64,000 nucleotides of DNA from Candidatus Heimdallarchaeota archaeon (lineage in GTDB: Archaea; Asgardarchaeota; Heimdallarchaeia; Hodarchaeales; Hodarchaeaceae), in NCBI GenBank assembly GCA_048881705.1, contig JBHLSH010000003.1, positions 1-64,000 on the forward strand. The letters run 5' to 3'. Positions 49,425 to 58,191 of this stretch are shown in pieces. A program made the translations under genes and the position numbers. How positions within the stretch are numbered: the first letter of the stretch is position 1; every line of letters begins with the position of its first letter. Below the pieces are notes generated by a model that was given only the letters and a program-made list of their open reading frames with translations, did not search any database and was not told the origin of the DNA.

Positions 49425-50585
49425 GTGTTAAGAAAATTGCGCGTGCTTCACGTTGAAGGTAAGAACTTGGTTGAACTATCACCCCCATATGAATTTTTAA
49501 ACGGTGATGTTTATATTGTTGATAACTCAGATGTTTCGGCTGGTCTCCTAAAAAAGGTTTACATCTGGGTTGGATCACAGGCCTTTGCTGATGACAAGGC
49601 TGTTGGAGCTTGGGCCGCAAAACAATTGGATTTAAGAGATAAAGAAATCGATATCGACACCGTAACCGAAGGCAATGAACCAGAAGATTTCTCATCTCTT
49701 ATTGATTTCGTTGTAGTTACGGGAGATACACCTGGATTTCTCAAACATGTCGATGTTAATGCTGAAGAGGTAAGTTATGCGCTATACCGGGTTAAAGACG
49801 CTGACCTTAGTGACGGGTCTTCCTCTGATGATATTGTAATCGAAAATGTTCCAATGACAACTGATAGCCTGGTCTCTGATGATGTGTTTGTCCTGGATGC
49901 TTATCACGATTTGTATGTCTGGATAGGTTCTGGTAGTCAAGTGGGAGAAAAGGCTGCAGGAAATCGGTTGGTAAGGAAACTCGATGTAGAACGTGAAAGA
50001 AATCCAATGATATATACAATTCACCAGTACAAGGAGCCACCAGGCTTTTTCGAATTACTCGCGAATATCGCTGGTTCTGGAAAAATACGGACAGAAGACG
50101 CTTCTCAAATCGGGAAAGGAATCATGGATCGGGCAGCCGATATTCCATCTTTAGGTGCCCCGCCACCCTCTGGACTTCCAGAAGTTAAGCCAATGCCGAA
50201 ACCTCCTGCCCCTAGTGGATTCAAAGAAGAGCCTAGCCCTAAAGATCTCGGACTAACCTCTACAGCGACAACTCCACCTCCAGTTAGTAGTGCAGTGGTA
50301 AGACTATACTACAACCATGCCGCTCAAGCGTTCAGTGAAAGGGGCAGCAAAGACGAGGCTGTTCTGGAAATTGATGAAGCAAATCTAATGGCCAGTTTGA
50401 TCTTTGCGGAAGGTTCCAGTCTGATTTTGCAGCGGACAGCCAGCAGACAAGCCCGTGGAATCTGCAAAACTGGTTTTTTGCTCTCGAATGGTAAACGAGT
50501 AGGACAAAACTGTAGTCTCTCGGAATTTAAGGGTGAAATGTCAATTGATGATCGTTTGTTACAAGTCGGTCATCATTACAGATAA
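49425..50585 (+). CDS. Gelsolin/villin-family protein: two gelsolin domains, Pro-rich linker and an additional C-terminal domain
   Basis: NGDVYIVD...VYIWVGS...EGNEP and SDDVFVLD...LYVWIGSGSQVGEK...KEPPGF gelsolin repeats; PPPSGLPEVKPMPKPPAP linker. GTG start. Confidence 0.88.
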   Translation: MLRKLRVLHVEGKNLVELSPPYEFLNGDVYIVDNSDVSAGLLKKVYIWVGSQAFADDKAVGAWAAKQLDLRDKEIDIDTVTEGNEPEDFSSLIDFVVVTGDTPGFLKHVDVNAEEVSYALYRVKDADLSDGSSSDDIVIENVPMTTDSLVSDDVFVLDAYHDLYVWIGSGSQVGEKAAGNRLVRKLDVERERNPMIYTIHQYKEPPGFFELLANIAGSGKIRTEDASQIGKGIMDRAADIPSLGAPPPSGLPEVKPMPKPPAPSGFKEEPSPKDLGLTSTATTPPPVSSAVVRLYYNHAAQAFSERGSKDEAVLEIDEANLMASLIFAEGSSLILQRTASRQARGICKTGFLLSNGKRVGQNCSLSEFKGEMSIDDRLLQVGHHYR

Positions 50586-50814
50586 CCAAAACCTCTCTCT
50601 TCCTTTTTTACTAATTTATCTCGTTTTTCGTGCTCGGGAATCGATTTCAATGCCTTCTCCCTAATCATATTGTGAGGAGTAAGTTAAGGCCTTCTACCAA
50701 CATTAAAGGATCATTTTTAGACCTCTTGAGGCAAGCCTATTTATTCGTGATAAGAAAATTACGTTACAAGGTTAAACCATAATTTTCTACGCTCTAATTG
50801 GTGCTTGAGTTCGA

Positions 50815-52089
50815 ATGATTGACATTAAAATCTTCCGTGAAAATCCTGAGATTGTTCGGGAGAGCGAAAGAAATCGATTCAAAAACCCAGACCAAGTTGA
50901 TCGTGTAATCGAATTTGACAACGAATGGCGCTCCTTATTAAAACAGATTAATGAAATGAGAAAAGAAAGAAACAAGGTAAGTAAACAGATCGGATTATTG
51001 AAAAAAAAGGGAAAAAATACGGATTCCCTCAAAGAGAGAGTATCTAACATAAATAAAGACATTTCTATCCTCGAAAAAGGGGCCGATAAAGCGCTTACTG
51101 AGCGTGATAAGGAGAGATATTCAATTGGAAACATTCTTGCCCCAGGAGTACCTATTGCGAAAACCGAGAAGGATAACGAAATAATGAGGACATGGGGCAG
51201 ACCCTCTAGCTTTGATTATCCCGTAAAAGGACACACAGATTTAGTTGAAGGTTTAGATTTAGCAGAGATTCAGAAAGCCGCCCAAGTAAGTGGGTCACGA
51301 ACTTTTTATCTAAAGAATCAGTTGGTTTTCCTTAATCTTGCTTTGATTGAGTATTCTCTTGATTTTCTCGTCAATGAACGAGGTTTTACTCCTTTCTGGA
51401 CACCTCCCTTTTTAAGGCGACAATTAATGGAGGGTGCTAGTGAATTGACTGATTTCGAAGAGCAGCTCTACCATGATTCCAATGAAGACGTCTTTTTTAT
51501 AGCGACCAGCGAACAAACTTTGGCTGCGCTTCATTCCAGTGAGTTGATAGATGTCGATACGCTACCGCGCAAATATTGCGGCGTTTCTCTCTGCTATCGT
51601 CGTGAAGCAGGGTCACACGGTAAAGACACCAAGGGAATCTTTAGAGTTCACCATTTCCATAAGATCGAACAGTTTTGCTTTGTGCATCCTGATGAATCCT
51701 ATAAGATGCATGAGGAGCTGATAGGAAATGCAGAGCAATTGTATCAAAGATTAAAACTACCATACCGCGTAGTAAACATTGCTTCAGGGGAACTTAACGA
51801 CAACGCGGCCAAAAAATATGATCTAGAAGTCTTTTTTCCAGCACAAAACGAATATAGGGAGCTAGTCTCGTGTTCAAACGTCACTGACTACCAAGCCAGA
51901 AAGCTTGACATAACAACTGGCAAAGCTGGAGGGGAAAAAGAGTATGTTCACACCTTGAATTCAACTGCCATAGCCACCGAACGAACTATCTGTGCAATTT
52001 TGGAAAATTATCAACAATCAGACGGAAGCGTGTTAATTCCCGAAGCATTGCAGCAATACATGTCTGGACAAACCAGGCTTAAGCTGTAA
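50815..52089 (+). CDS. serS: Seryl-tRNA synthetase (canonical type)
   Basis: MIDIKIFREN, N-terminal coiled coil, ATSEQ, YRREAG...GIFRVHHF, ELVSCSN, HTLNST. Confidence 0.98.
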   Translation: MIDIKIFRENPEIVRESERNRFKNPDQVDRVIEFDNEWRSLLKQINEMRKERNKVSKQIGLLKKKGKNTDSLKERVSNINKDISILEKGADKALTERDKERYSIGNILAPGVPIAKTEKDNEIMRTWGRPSSFDYPVKGHTDLVEGLDLAEIQKAAQVSGSRTFYLKNQLVFLNLALIEYSLDFLVNERGFTPFWTPPFLRRQLMEGASELTDFEEQLYHDSNEDVFFIATSEQTLAALHSSELIDVDTLPRKYCGVSLCYRREAGSHGKDTKGIFRVHHFHKIEQFCFVHPDESYKMHEELIGNAEQLYQRLKLPYRVVNIASGELNDNAAKKYDLEVFFPAQNEYRELVSCSNVTDYQARKLDITTGKAGGEKEYVHTLNSTAIATERTICAILENYQQSDGSVLIPEALQQYMSGQTRLKL

Positions 52090-52103
52090 TAGATTAGACC
52101 GAT

Positions 52104-52946
52104 CTAAATGTATGTTCTATCTTTGCCGCCAGCGGGTGACACCTGCTCCGACTGGATAGCCGCATTAGCCTGGTCCCTCATGGAGAGCGCCATTTGTTCG
52201 ATTTTTTCGGCCTGTGCCAAAATGGGTTCAATCCTGATGGCGGGATCAATTGGAATAAGATGATTTAGGACTTCTATTACCCGAGCAGCCGTACGAATTT
52301 CGGGAAAATGCTCGCGAACCTCACCAAGCAGAACAATTACTTCGTACTTATTGTACCATCCCTCATTGAGCAAAACCGCGCTGAGACCTTTTATCACACC
52401 TTGGTTCAGGGGGGGAATCTGTTTTTCATTGAGAAAGGTTCTACATGTCTCGGTCGTTCCGACCCCAAACACTCTCATTGGTAATTGTTGAGGGGAATCC
52501 GAGTAATCACTTTTAAATCCTTCAACAGAGATGATCCGCTTCATTTCTTTCCTTTTAGCCCATTCTATTACTTTCTTTCCGATTTCACGGGTGATAGGAG
52601 GATATTGAGGTACCTCTGATGATAGAAGGGCTAGTTTTAGATCTTCGTTTGCATAAATTCGAATCGGGAATTTGGGTTTGCTGTAATAAACAACACAAAT
52701 CGCTGGAAGTTGATTACTATCTCCGACCGCAACTTGATCAAAACCATTCTGACCGATTCCCGCTTCCAAAATGATATTAGCAGTGATTAGCGCCAATGCG
52801 CTAATTGATGGGAAACATTCGATCAAAGTTCCCCCTTTCAAATCGATATCCGATACATCCCGAATTTCAAAGTCTTTAGATTCCTTTAGCGTCAAATTAC
52901 TCACCGCATGCTGTTTGTATTTACGAAAATAGGTCGATTCAGGCAA
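52104..52946 (-). CDS. PAC2-family proteasome assembly chaperone (Pba-like)
   Basis: LIECFP, PKFPIRIY, SEVP, IISVEG, GVIKGLSAVLL, FPEIRTAARVIEVL, penultimate Tyr (RTYI). TTG start. Confidence 0.8.
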   Translation of the reverse strand: MPESTYFRKYKQHAVSNLTLKESKDFEIRDVSDIDLKGGTLIECFPSISALALITANIILEAGIGQNGFDQVAVGDSNQLPAICVVYYSKPKFPIRIYANEDLKLALLSSEVPQYPPITREIGKKVIEWAKRKEMKRIISVEGFKSDYSDSPQQLPMRVFGVGTTETCRTFLNEKQIPPLNQGVIKGLSAVLLNEGWYNKYEVIVLLGEVREHFPEIRTAARVIEVLNHLIPIDPAIRIEPILAQAEKIEQMALSMRDQANAAIQSEQVSPAGGKDRTYI

Positions 52947-52978
52947 GTATTAATTTATCTCCTTTCAAAACGCTAGGG

Positions 52979-53629
52979 TCATAATTTTACTGATACTGTC
53001 AGCCCGTCTCTAATCGGGATAATTGTGCTAAGGACACGCGGATCGCTAAATGCAAGCCGATTATATTCTTGGACTCCCTTTGTTGACTCTCTTGTAGGGT
53101 TATTTTCCAAGACTCGTCCTCCCCAAATTGTATTATCTGTAAGAAGAACCCCTCCATTTCGAAGACGCGGGACAGCCAATTCAAAGGCCTTAGGGTACCT
53201 TTCTTTATCAATATCACAGAAGATTATGTCAAAAAGCCCCTCTAACCTTGTAATTGTCTCCAGAGCGTCTCCTAAAACGAAGTTAACTGATTTTAGGCCC
53301 ATTAGATGTTTATTATGATTTACCATTGAGGAGAAATTCGATAATGCCATCGATCGGTTCTCTTCCGAAGTATCTGTACATATCAGCTCTGCTGATGGGG
53401 CACCTAGGGAAAACCAGATGGCAGAATAGCCAAATCCTGAACCTAGTTCTAGGATTCGTTTTGCTTTTACCAATTGGGCATATTGTTTTAGAAATCCTCC
53501 CACCAAGGGTCCAACAATCGGAAAATCCTTCTGCCTCGCGTACTTTTCGAGCTCAATCAGTACTACATCCCGTTCTTTGGGGATTAATGAATTAAAATAG
53601 GAGTGCAAATCTGTCAAAGATACATTCAT
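52979..53629 (-). CDS. Class I SAM-dependent O-methyltransferase (COMT/YrrM-like)
   Basis: FPIVGP, ILELGSGFGYS, GDA, IFCDIDKERY, GGVLLTDN, IPIRDG. Confidence 0.9.
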   Translation of the reverse strand: MNVSLTDLHSYFNSLIPKERDVVLIELEKYARQKDFPIVGPLVGGFLKQYAQLVKAKRILELGSGFGYSAIWFSLGAPSAELICTDTSEENRSMALSNFSSMVNHNKHLMGLKSVNFVLGDALETITRLEGLFDIIFCDIDKERYPKAFELAVPRLRNGGVLLTDNTIWGGRVLENNPTRESTKGVQEYNRLAFSDPRVLSTIIPIRDGLTVSVKL

Positions 53630-53879
53630 CAGTAATTCTCCAGGGTTCCCGTTTTGTGTAATTAGCTAAATCCGTAGAGCGGGTATAATCCTTATCTTCC
53701 GATAGTCAGAAACAATCTTCTGAATCCAGTATACCCCCTCGGACTTCAGATCGTTCCTGTTAATACAAAAACATTCACGAACTATATTGTGTTGTTGAAC
53801 GAAACGAAATTATATCCCCGAATAGCGTAGCTAGAGAAGAACTGGGGCCATGAGAGAAAAAAAGGATTGGCACGCGGTT

Positions 53880-56075
53880 TTAGACGAAAGACAACCTGTC
53901 AACGTCCTCTTGCATCGCTTCTATCTTCTCTCTTGCCGTTACCTTGCCTGCCTTGCGCGTTTCTAAAATCTTTTTGTAAGCAAGGTCAAAGTCTTCCTGT
54001 GACACACTATATCCAGCAAAATCTTGATTATCAGGATTTAAGCTAGGTAAATGTCTTTGTATCGAATTTAAAACGGCCTCATGACAAAGACTTGCCAGCT
54101 CCGCCCCAGAAAATTTCTCCGCTCTTTTCGAATAGTCCACCAGGTCCACATCCTGATCGAGAGGAACCCCCTGTGTATGGATTTTCAAAATCTCAAGACG
54201 AGCTGTCTCGTCAGGTAACCCGATTCTTATTATCTTATCGAAGCGGCCGGGACGAAGCAAGGCGGGGTCGATCATGTCCGGACGATTGGTTGCTGCCACG
54301 ACAACAACTCCCTTAAGTTCCTCTAATCCGTCCAATTCGGTAAGAAATTGGCTGATCATTCTTTCCGTTACACCTGAATCAAATGATTTTCCCCGAATGG
54401 GGGCAATGGAGTCAATTTCGTCAAAGAAGATGATAGATGGGGCTGCCTGCCGAGCTTTACGAAAAACCTCACGGATTCCTTTTTCACTTTCACCTACCCA
54501 CTTTGAAAGCAGTTCTGGTCCTTTAACCGAAATAAAATTCGCTTGTGTTTCATGAGCTACAGCTTTCGCTAGAAGAGTCTTTCCCGTTCCGGGAGGGCCA
54601 AATAGCAAAATCCCTTTTGGTTGCTTTGCCCCCATATGCGAGAAGAATTTTGGGTGTTTTAATGGCAGCTCAATACTGTTTTTTATCTCTTCTTTTTCCT
54701 CAATAAGGCCTCCCACATCATCCCAAGAAATATTAGGTACTTCAACAAAGACTTCGCGTAATGCGGAAGGTTGGATCCCGAGTAAAGCTTCGTTGAAGTC
54801 ATCCTTGGTCACTCGAATTTCGTTTAGAATATGCGCTGGTATTGTATCTTCTTCCAAGTTTAATTTCGGAATTATTCGGCGAAGAGCGATCATTGCTGAT
54901 TCTTTGACAAGCTGCTCAAGATCGGCCCCAACAAAACCATGACTTACGGCTGCTATACGTTCTAGATCAACATCATCTCCGAGTGGCATTCCCCGGGTAT
55001 GAATAAGCAAGATTTCTTCGCGCCCAAATTTATCAGGAATACGAATCTCTATTTCTCGATCAAAGCGTCCACCGCGTCGGAGGGCTGGATCAAGGGCATT
55101 TATGCGATTGGTTGCACCGATGACAACCACGTCTCCTCGGTCACTCAGTCCGTCCATGTTTGATAATAGCTGGGCAACCACACGCCTCTCGACTTCCCCA
55201 GTAGTTTCCGAACGCTTGTTAGCGATTGAGTCGATCTCATCTAGAAAAATGATACTCGGCGCGTTCTCTTTGGCCTCATCGAACATTTTTCGGATTCTTT
55301 CTTCCGATTCACCGTAAAATTTGCTCATGAACTCTGGTCCAGAAACAGAAATGAAATATGAATCAGTTTCAGTTGCGACTGCCTTAGCTAGTAGCGTTTT
55401 TCCAGTTCCTGGAGGACCATGCAGCAAAACACCCCGTGGAGGAGTAATTCCCAAGCGTTTAAAGAGTTCTGGATGACGCATTGGGAGTTCAATCATCTCG
55501 CGAACCATATTGATTTCTTTCCCCAGCCCACCGATATCCTCGTACCGAATCCTCTGAAAAGTATCTTGTTTAACATCTTTCACGGGAGTTAGTGATATAG
55601 CTATACGCGTTGTTGGCTGCATAATTACTGCATCCGCGTTAGGATTGATTTTAGAAACGACCAGAATTATTCGCTGGTTGTAGACGGGAATTTCGATAAA
55701 GTCTCCCTTGGTCAGAACCCGCCCCAATAATAGGTGTTGAAGATGTGATTCCCCGCCTTGAATTCTAAGGTTCTGTACAGGAGCAAATTCGATACGTACA
55801 GCATCTTTGGCTTCAACTGGCTGAATACTAACCGTATCATCAATGCCAACCCCAGCGTTGCGTCGAGTCGCTCCATCGATTTTTATAATCCCTGTATTTC
55901 GATCTTGTGGGTACCCTGGCATATATTTCGCAGCAGTACGTCTTTTTCCAATAATTTGTATCGCATCGCCAGCTGAAATGTCTAGCTGGTCCGCTATGTT
56001 TGGATCAATGCGAATTATTCCCCTTCCGACATCTTTGGCGCTTGCCTCTCTTACTCGGCATTCCGTGTGTTCCAT
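53880..56075 (-). CDS. cdc48: Cdc48/VCP-family AAA+ ATPase
   Basis: N domain (DVGRGIIRID), two AAA modules (GPPGTGKT, FLDEID / FFDEID, RRGGRFD / RPGRFD). ATG 56075 after GGTGAGAGG is preferred over 56102. Confidence 0.97.
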   Translation of the reverse strand: MEHTECRVREASAKDVGRGIIRIDPNIADQLDISAGDAIQIIGKRRTAAKYMPGYPQDRNTGIIKIDGATRRNAGVGIDDTVSIQPVEAKDAVRIEFAPVQNLRIQGGESHLQHLLLGRVLTKGDFIEIPVYNQRIILVVSKINPNADAVIMQPTTRIAISLTPVKDVKQDTFQRIRYEDIGGLGKEINMVREMIELPMRHPELFKRLGITPPRGVLLHGPPGTGKTLLAKAVATETDSYFISVSGPEFMSKFYGESEERIRKMFDEAKENAPSIIFLDEIDSIANKRSETTGEVERRVVAQLLSNMDGLSDRGDVVVIGATNRINALDPALRRGGRFDREIEIRIPDKFGREEILLIHTRGMPLGDDVDLERIAAVSHGFVGADLEQLVKESAMIALRRIIPKLNLEEDTIPAHILNEIRVTKDDFNEALLGIQPSALREVFVEVPNISWDDVGGLIEEKEEIKNSIELPLKHPKFFSHMGAKQPKGILLFGPPGTGKTLLAKAVAHETQANFISVKGPELLSKWVGESEKGIREVFRKARQAAPSIIFFDEIDSIAPIRGKSFDSGVTERMISQFLTELDGLEELKGVVVVAATNRPDMIDPALLRPGRFDKIIRIGLPDETARLEILKIHTQGVPLDQDVDLVDYSKRAEKFSGAELASLCHEAVLNSIQRHLPSLNPDNQDFAGYSVSQEDFDLAYKKILETRKAGKVTAREKIEAMQEDVDRLSFV

Positions 56076-56120
56076 TACTGAAAACCTCTCACCAATATGC
56101 AAATAAGTATGCTTTCCCGA

Positions 56121-56570
56121 CTACCCATCAATATTTACTTTGTATTTTTCGCCCTTTTCCGCCAAAGGGGCAGTAATAGTCAAGAGTCCGGCTTTCATTG
56201 AAGCCTTAACCATTGTCGGATCAATAGATTTACGCAGAAGAAGATTTCTACGATATTCTTTATCTAATTCTTCATTTCTAGCTTCAAGCCAGATCTCGTC
56301 TGGCCCAACTTCTAACTCGATGTTTTCTTTGGATATCCCAGGTAATTCCACTTGAATTGTGTATTTTTCATGGTCTCGAGAGATATATGCTCGAGGATAA
56401 GCAGACCAGTTTCTATCTCCATGAAAACGAGAATGTCTTCCTCTCCTGTGATGTGGGCCGCAATTAAAGGCAAATTTTCTCATAAATGGGCCAAATGGCG
56501 GAAATTCAAATTGAAATCCTGCACAATCATCAAATTCATCGGTCTTTGGATCATCTTCCACTTTAATCAC
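56121..56570 (-). CDS. Small heat-shock protein (Hsp20/alpha-crystallin)
   Basis: IQVELPGISKENIEL...ASMKAGLLTITAP; immediately upstream of cdc48, a common archaeal pairing. GTG start. Confidence 0.85.
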   Translation of the reverse strand: MIKVEDDPKTDEFDDCAGFQFEFPPFGPFMRKFAFNCGPHHRRGRHSRFHGDRNWSAYPRAYISRDHEKYTIQVELPGISKENIELEVGPDEIWLEARNEELDKEYRRNLLLRKSIDPTMVKASMKAGLLTITAPLAEKGEKYKVNIDG

Positions 56571-56711
56571 TTTATTAACGTTTTAATTACATGAATGATA
56601 ATTTGAATTAATTTTGACGTTGTTTGAATTTATTCACATATTGTTTTTTATATTTTCGGTATATGGAAATAGAAGTGAATAAAATCCCTTATTCTGGTAA
56701 AATCAGTGGGT

Positions 56712-57308
56712 TCACTCATAAGGGATATGAGTCGTTAAAGAAGCGGAATCATGATCGAGGGCCTTGCTAACAGGAGCTCCAATAATTTTTGTGAATAGAT
56801 TCAAAAACGCGGTATCGACTCCCGAATTTTCTTTTGCAGAAGTCTTTAAAAGCGGTATTTCTGGTTCCTCACTCATAGGATGACGCGTTTGCTTTATTTG
56901 AAGATCTTCCAAATCTGCTTTATTTCCCACAATCACCATAGGGACTTTCTTATGGCAATTATCTCTACACTCCTTAACCCACGATTGAACGTTTCTATAG
57001 GAGTTGGCACTAGTTAGATCGTAAACAATGAGAGCGCCACTTGTTCCAGAATAAAACCTGGAACGAAATCGCTTGAAGTGTGTTTGACCGCTCATATCCC
57101 ACAATACAAAGCGAATAGGTTTCTGGGTTCGCGTGATGATAGTATTTAGGGGGGTTATATCAACTCCGATGGTAGTCTTATATATCCGGGAAAATTTACG
57201 ATGGACAAATTGTTGAACCAGTGAAGTCTTGCCTACTCCGCCGTCACCAATCAAAATAATTTTAACAGCTTTTGTGTCTTTGGAAGAGTCGGTGTTATCT
57301 GGAATCAT
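56712..57308 (-). CDS. Rab-like small GTPase (Ras superfamily)
   Basis: G1 GDGGVGKTS, G2 TTIG, G3 WDMSGQ, G4 GNKAD, G5 KTSAK; Rab-family-like IGVD, FYSG and LIVYDLT; no C-terminal Cys motif. Confidence 0.93.
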   Translation of the reverse strand: MIPDNTDSSKDTKAVKIILIGDGGVGKTSLVQQFVHRKFSRIYKTTIGVDITPLNTIITRTQKPIRFVLWDMSGQTHFKRFRSRFYSGTSGALIVYDLTSANSYRNVQSWVKECRDNCHKKVPMVIVGNKADLEDLQIKQTRHPMSEEPEIPLLKTSAKENSGVDTAFLNLFTKIIGAPVSKALDHDSASLTTHIPYE

Positions 57309-57310
57309 TG

Positions 57311-58021
57311 TTACTTTCCTGCCATTAGACGTTCAACGAGCTCTTTCGACATTTCTTCTGGAAGGTTTTTCTGGATGTGCATAATTGTTTGGGTGGGATC
57401 GTACTCGAGGCGTCGGAAAGTTATATCATGTTGGGAGGAATCGTAGATCGCATATGAGGCACGAGCATCTCCATCTCGAGGTTGGCCAACACTTCCAGGA
57501 TTACAGATGATTCGACCCTCCAATTCTGCCTTAAACGGAACGTGAGTGTGACCTAGGAACAGTACGTCAACATTTAACATCTTCATGTAAGAGAATGTAC
57601 TGTGAAGATCCTCCTTATTGTTTGGATAAATATATTGGTCATAGGGATACTCTGGGCCGGCATGGATCAACATGATATTCTTATCGCCACAATTGGTTGT
57701 TACCTGAGTAGGAAGATCATTCAGGATTTTGCGTTCTCGAACGGTTAGGAGACCATGGGTTATTGTCAATGGTTGATGTGACTCATCTCGGTAATGTTCT
57801 GGTACATCGCCTGTAATAGCCGCTACATCATGATTTCCCTTTATCACTATTTCGCATCGACCCAATACAAGGTGAATGACTGGAATCGGTTCAGCAAAGT
57901 ATCCTACAAGATCTCCCAGGCAAAAAATCCTCGAAATCCGCTGTACATGTATATCAGCCAAAACGGCTCTGAGCGCGCTCAAATTTGCATGTATGTCTGA
58001 AATGACAGCCACAGGAGGCAT
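57311..58021 (-). CDS. Calcineurin-like metallophosphoesterase (YfcE/MJ0912-like)
   Basis: ISDIHAN, LGDLVGY, KGNHD, HAGP, GHTH, NPGSVGQPRDG. Confidence 0.92.
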   Translation of the reverse strand: MPPVAVISDIHANLSALRAVLADIHVQRISRIFCLGDLVGYFAEPIPVIHLVLGRCEIVIKGNHDVAAITGDVPEHYRDESHQPLTITHGLLTVRERKILNDLPTQVTTNCGDKNIMLIHAGPEYPYDQYIYPNNKEDLHSTFSYMKMLNVDVLFLGHTHVPFKAELEGRIICNPGSVGQPRDGDARASYAIYDSSQHDITFRRLEYDPTQTIMHIQKNLPEEMSKELVERLMAGK

Positions 58022-58191
58022 GGTTTATTCCTTAAACACGTTTAACTTGAAGAACGCATGGTTTATGGCCCGAAGGAACTTCAAACAGAAAGTAAATCAT
58101 TATCCCAAGAGAGCCAAAAATGCCCTAAAGGTTTCTGTTTGATTGAATTTTCTTTCGAGCTTATCCCAAATTTCAACAAAATCAGTTTCAT

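Noticed and set aside
56629-56683. 9-bp inverted repeat TTTATTCAC/GTGAATAAA upstream of hsp20
   Set aside because: It is AT-rich with a 37-nt spacer in a very AT-rich gap, so likely by chance; it cannot be tied to a heat-shock operator.
57311-58021. Calling the metallophosphoesterase Vps29
   Set aside because: It has the full catalytic set and the NPGSVGQPRDG motif of prokaryotic phosphoesterases rather than Vps29-specific features.
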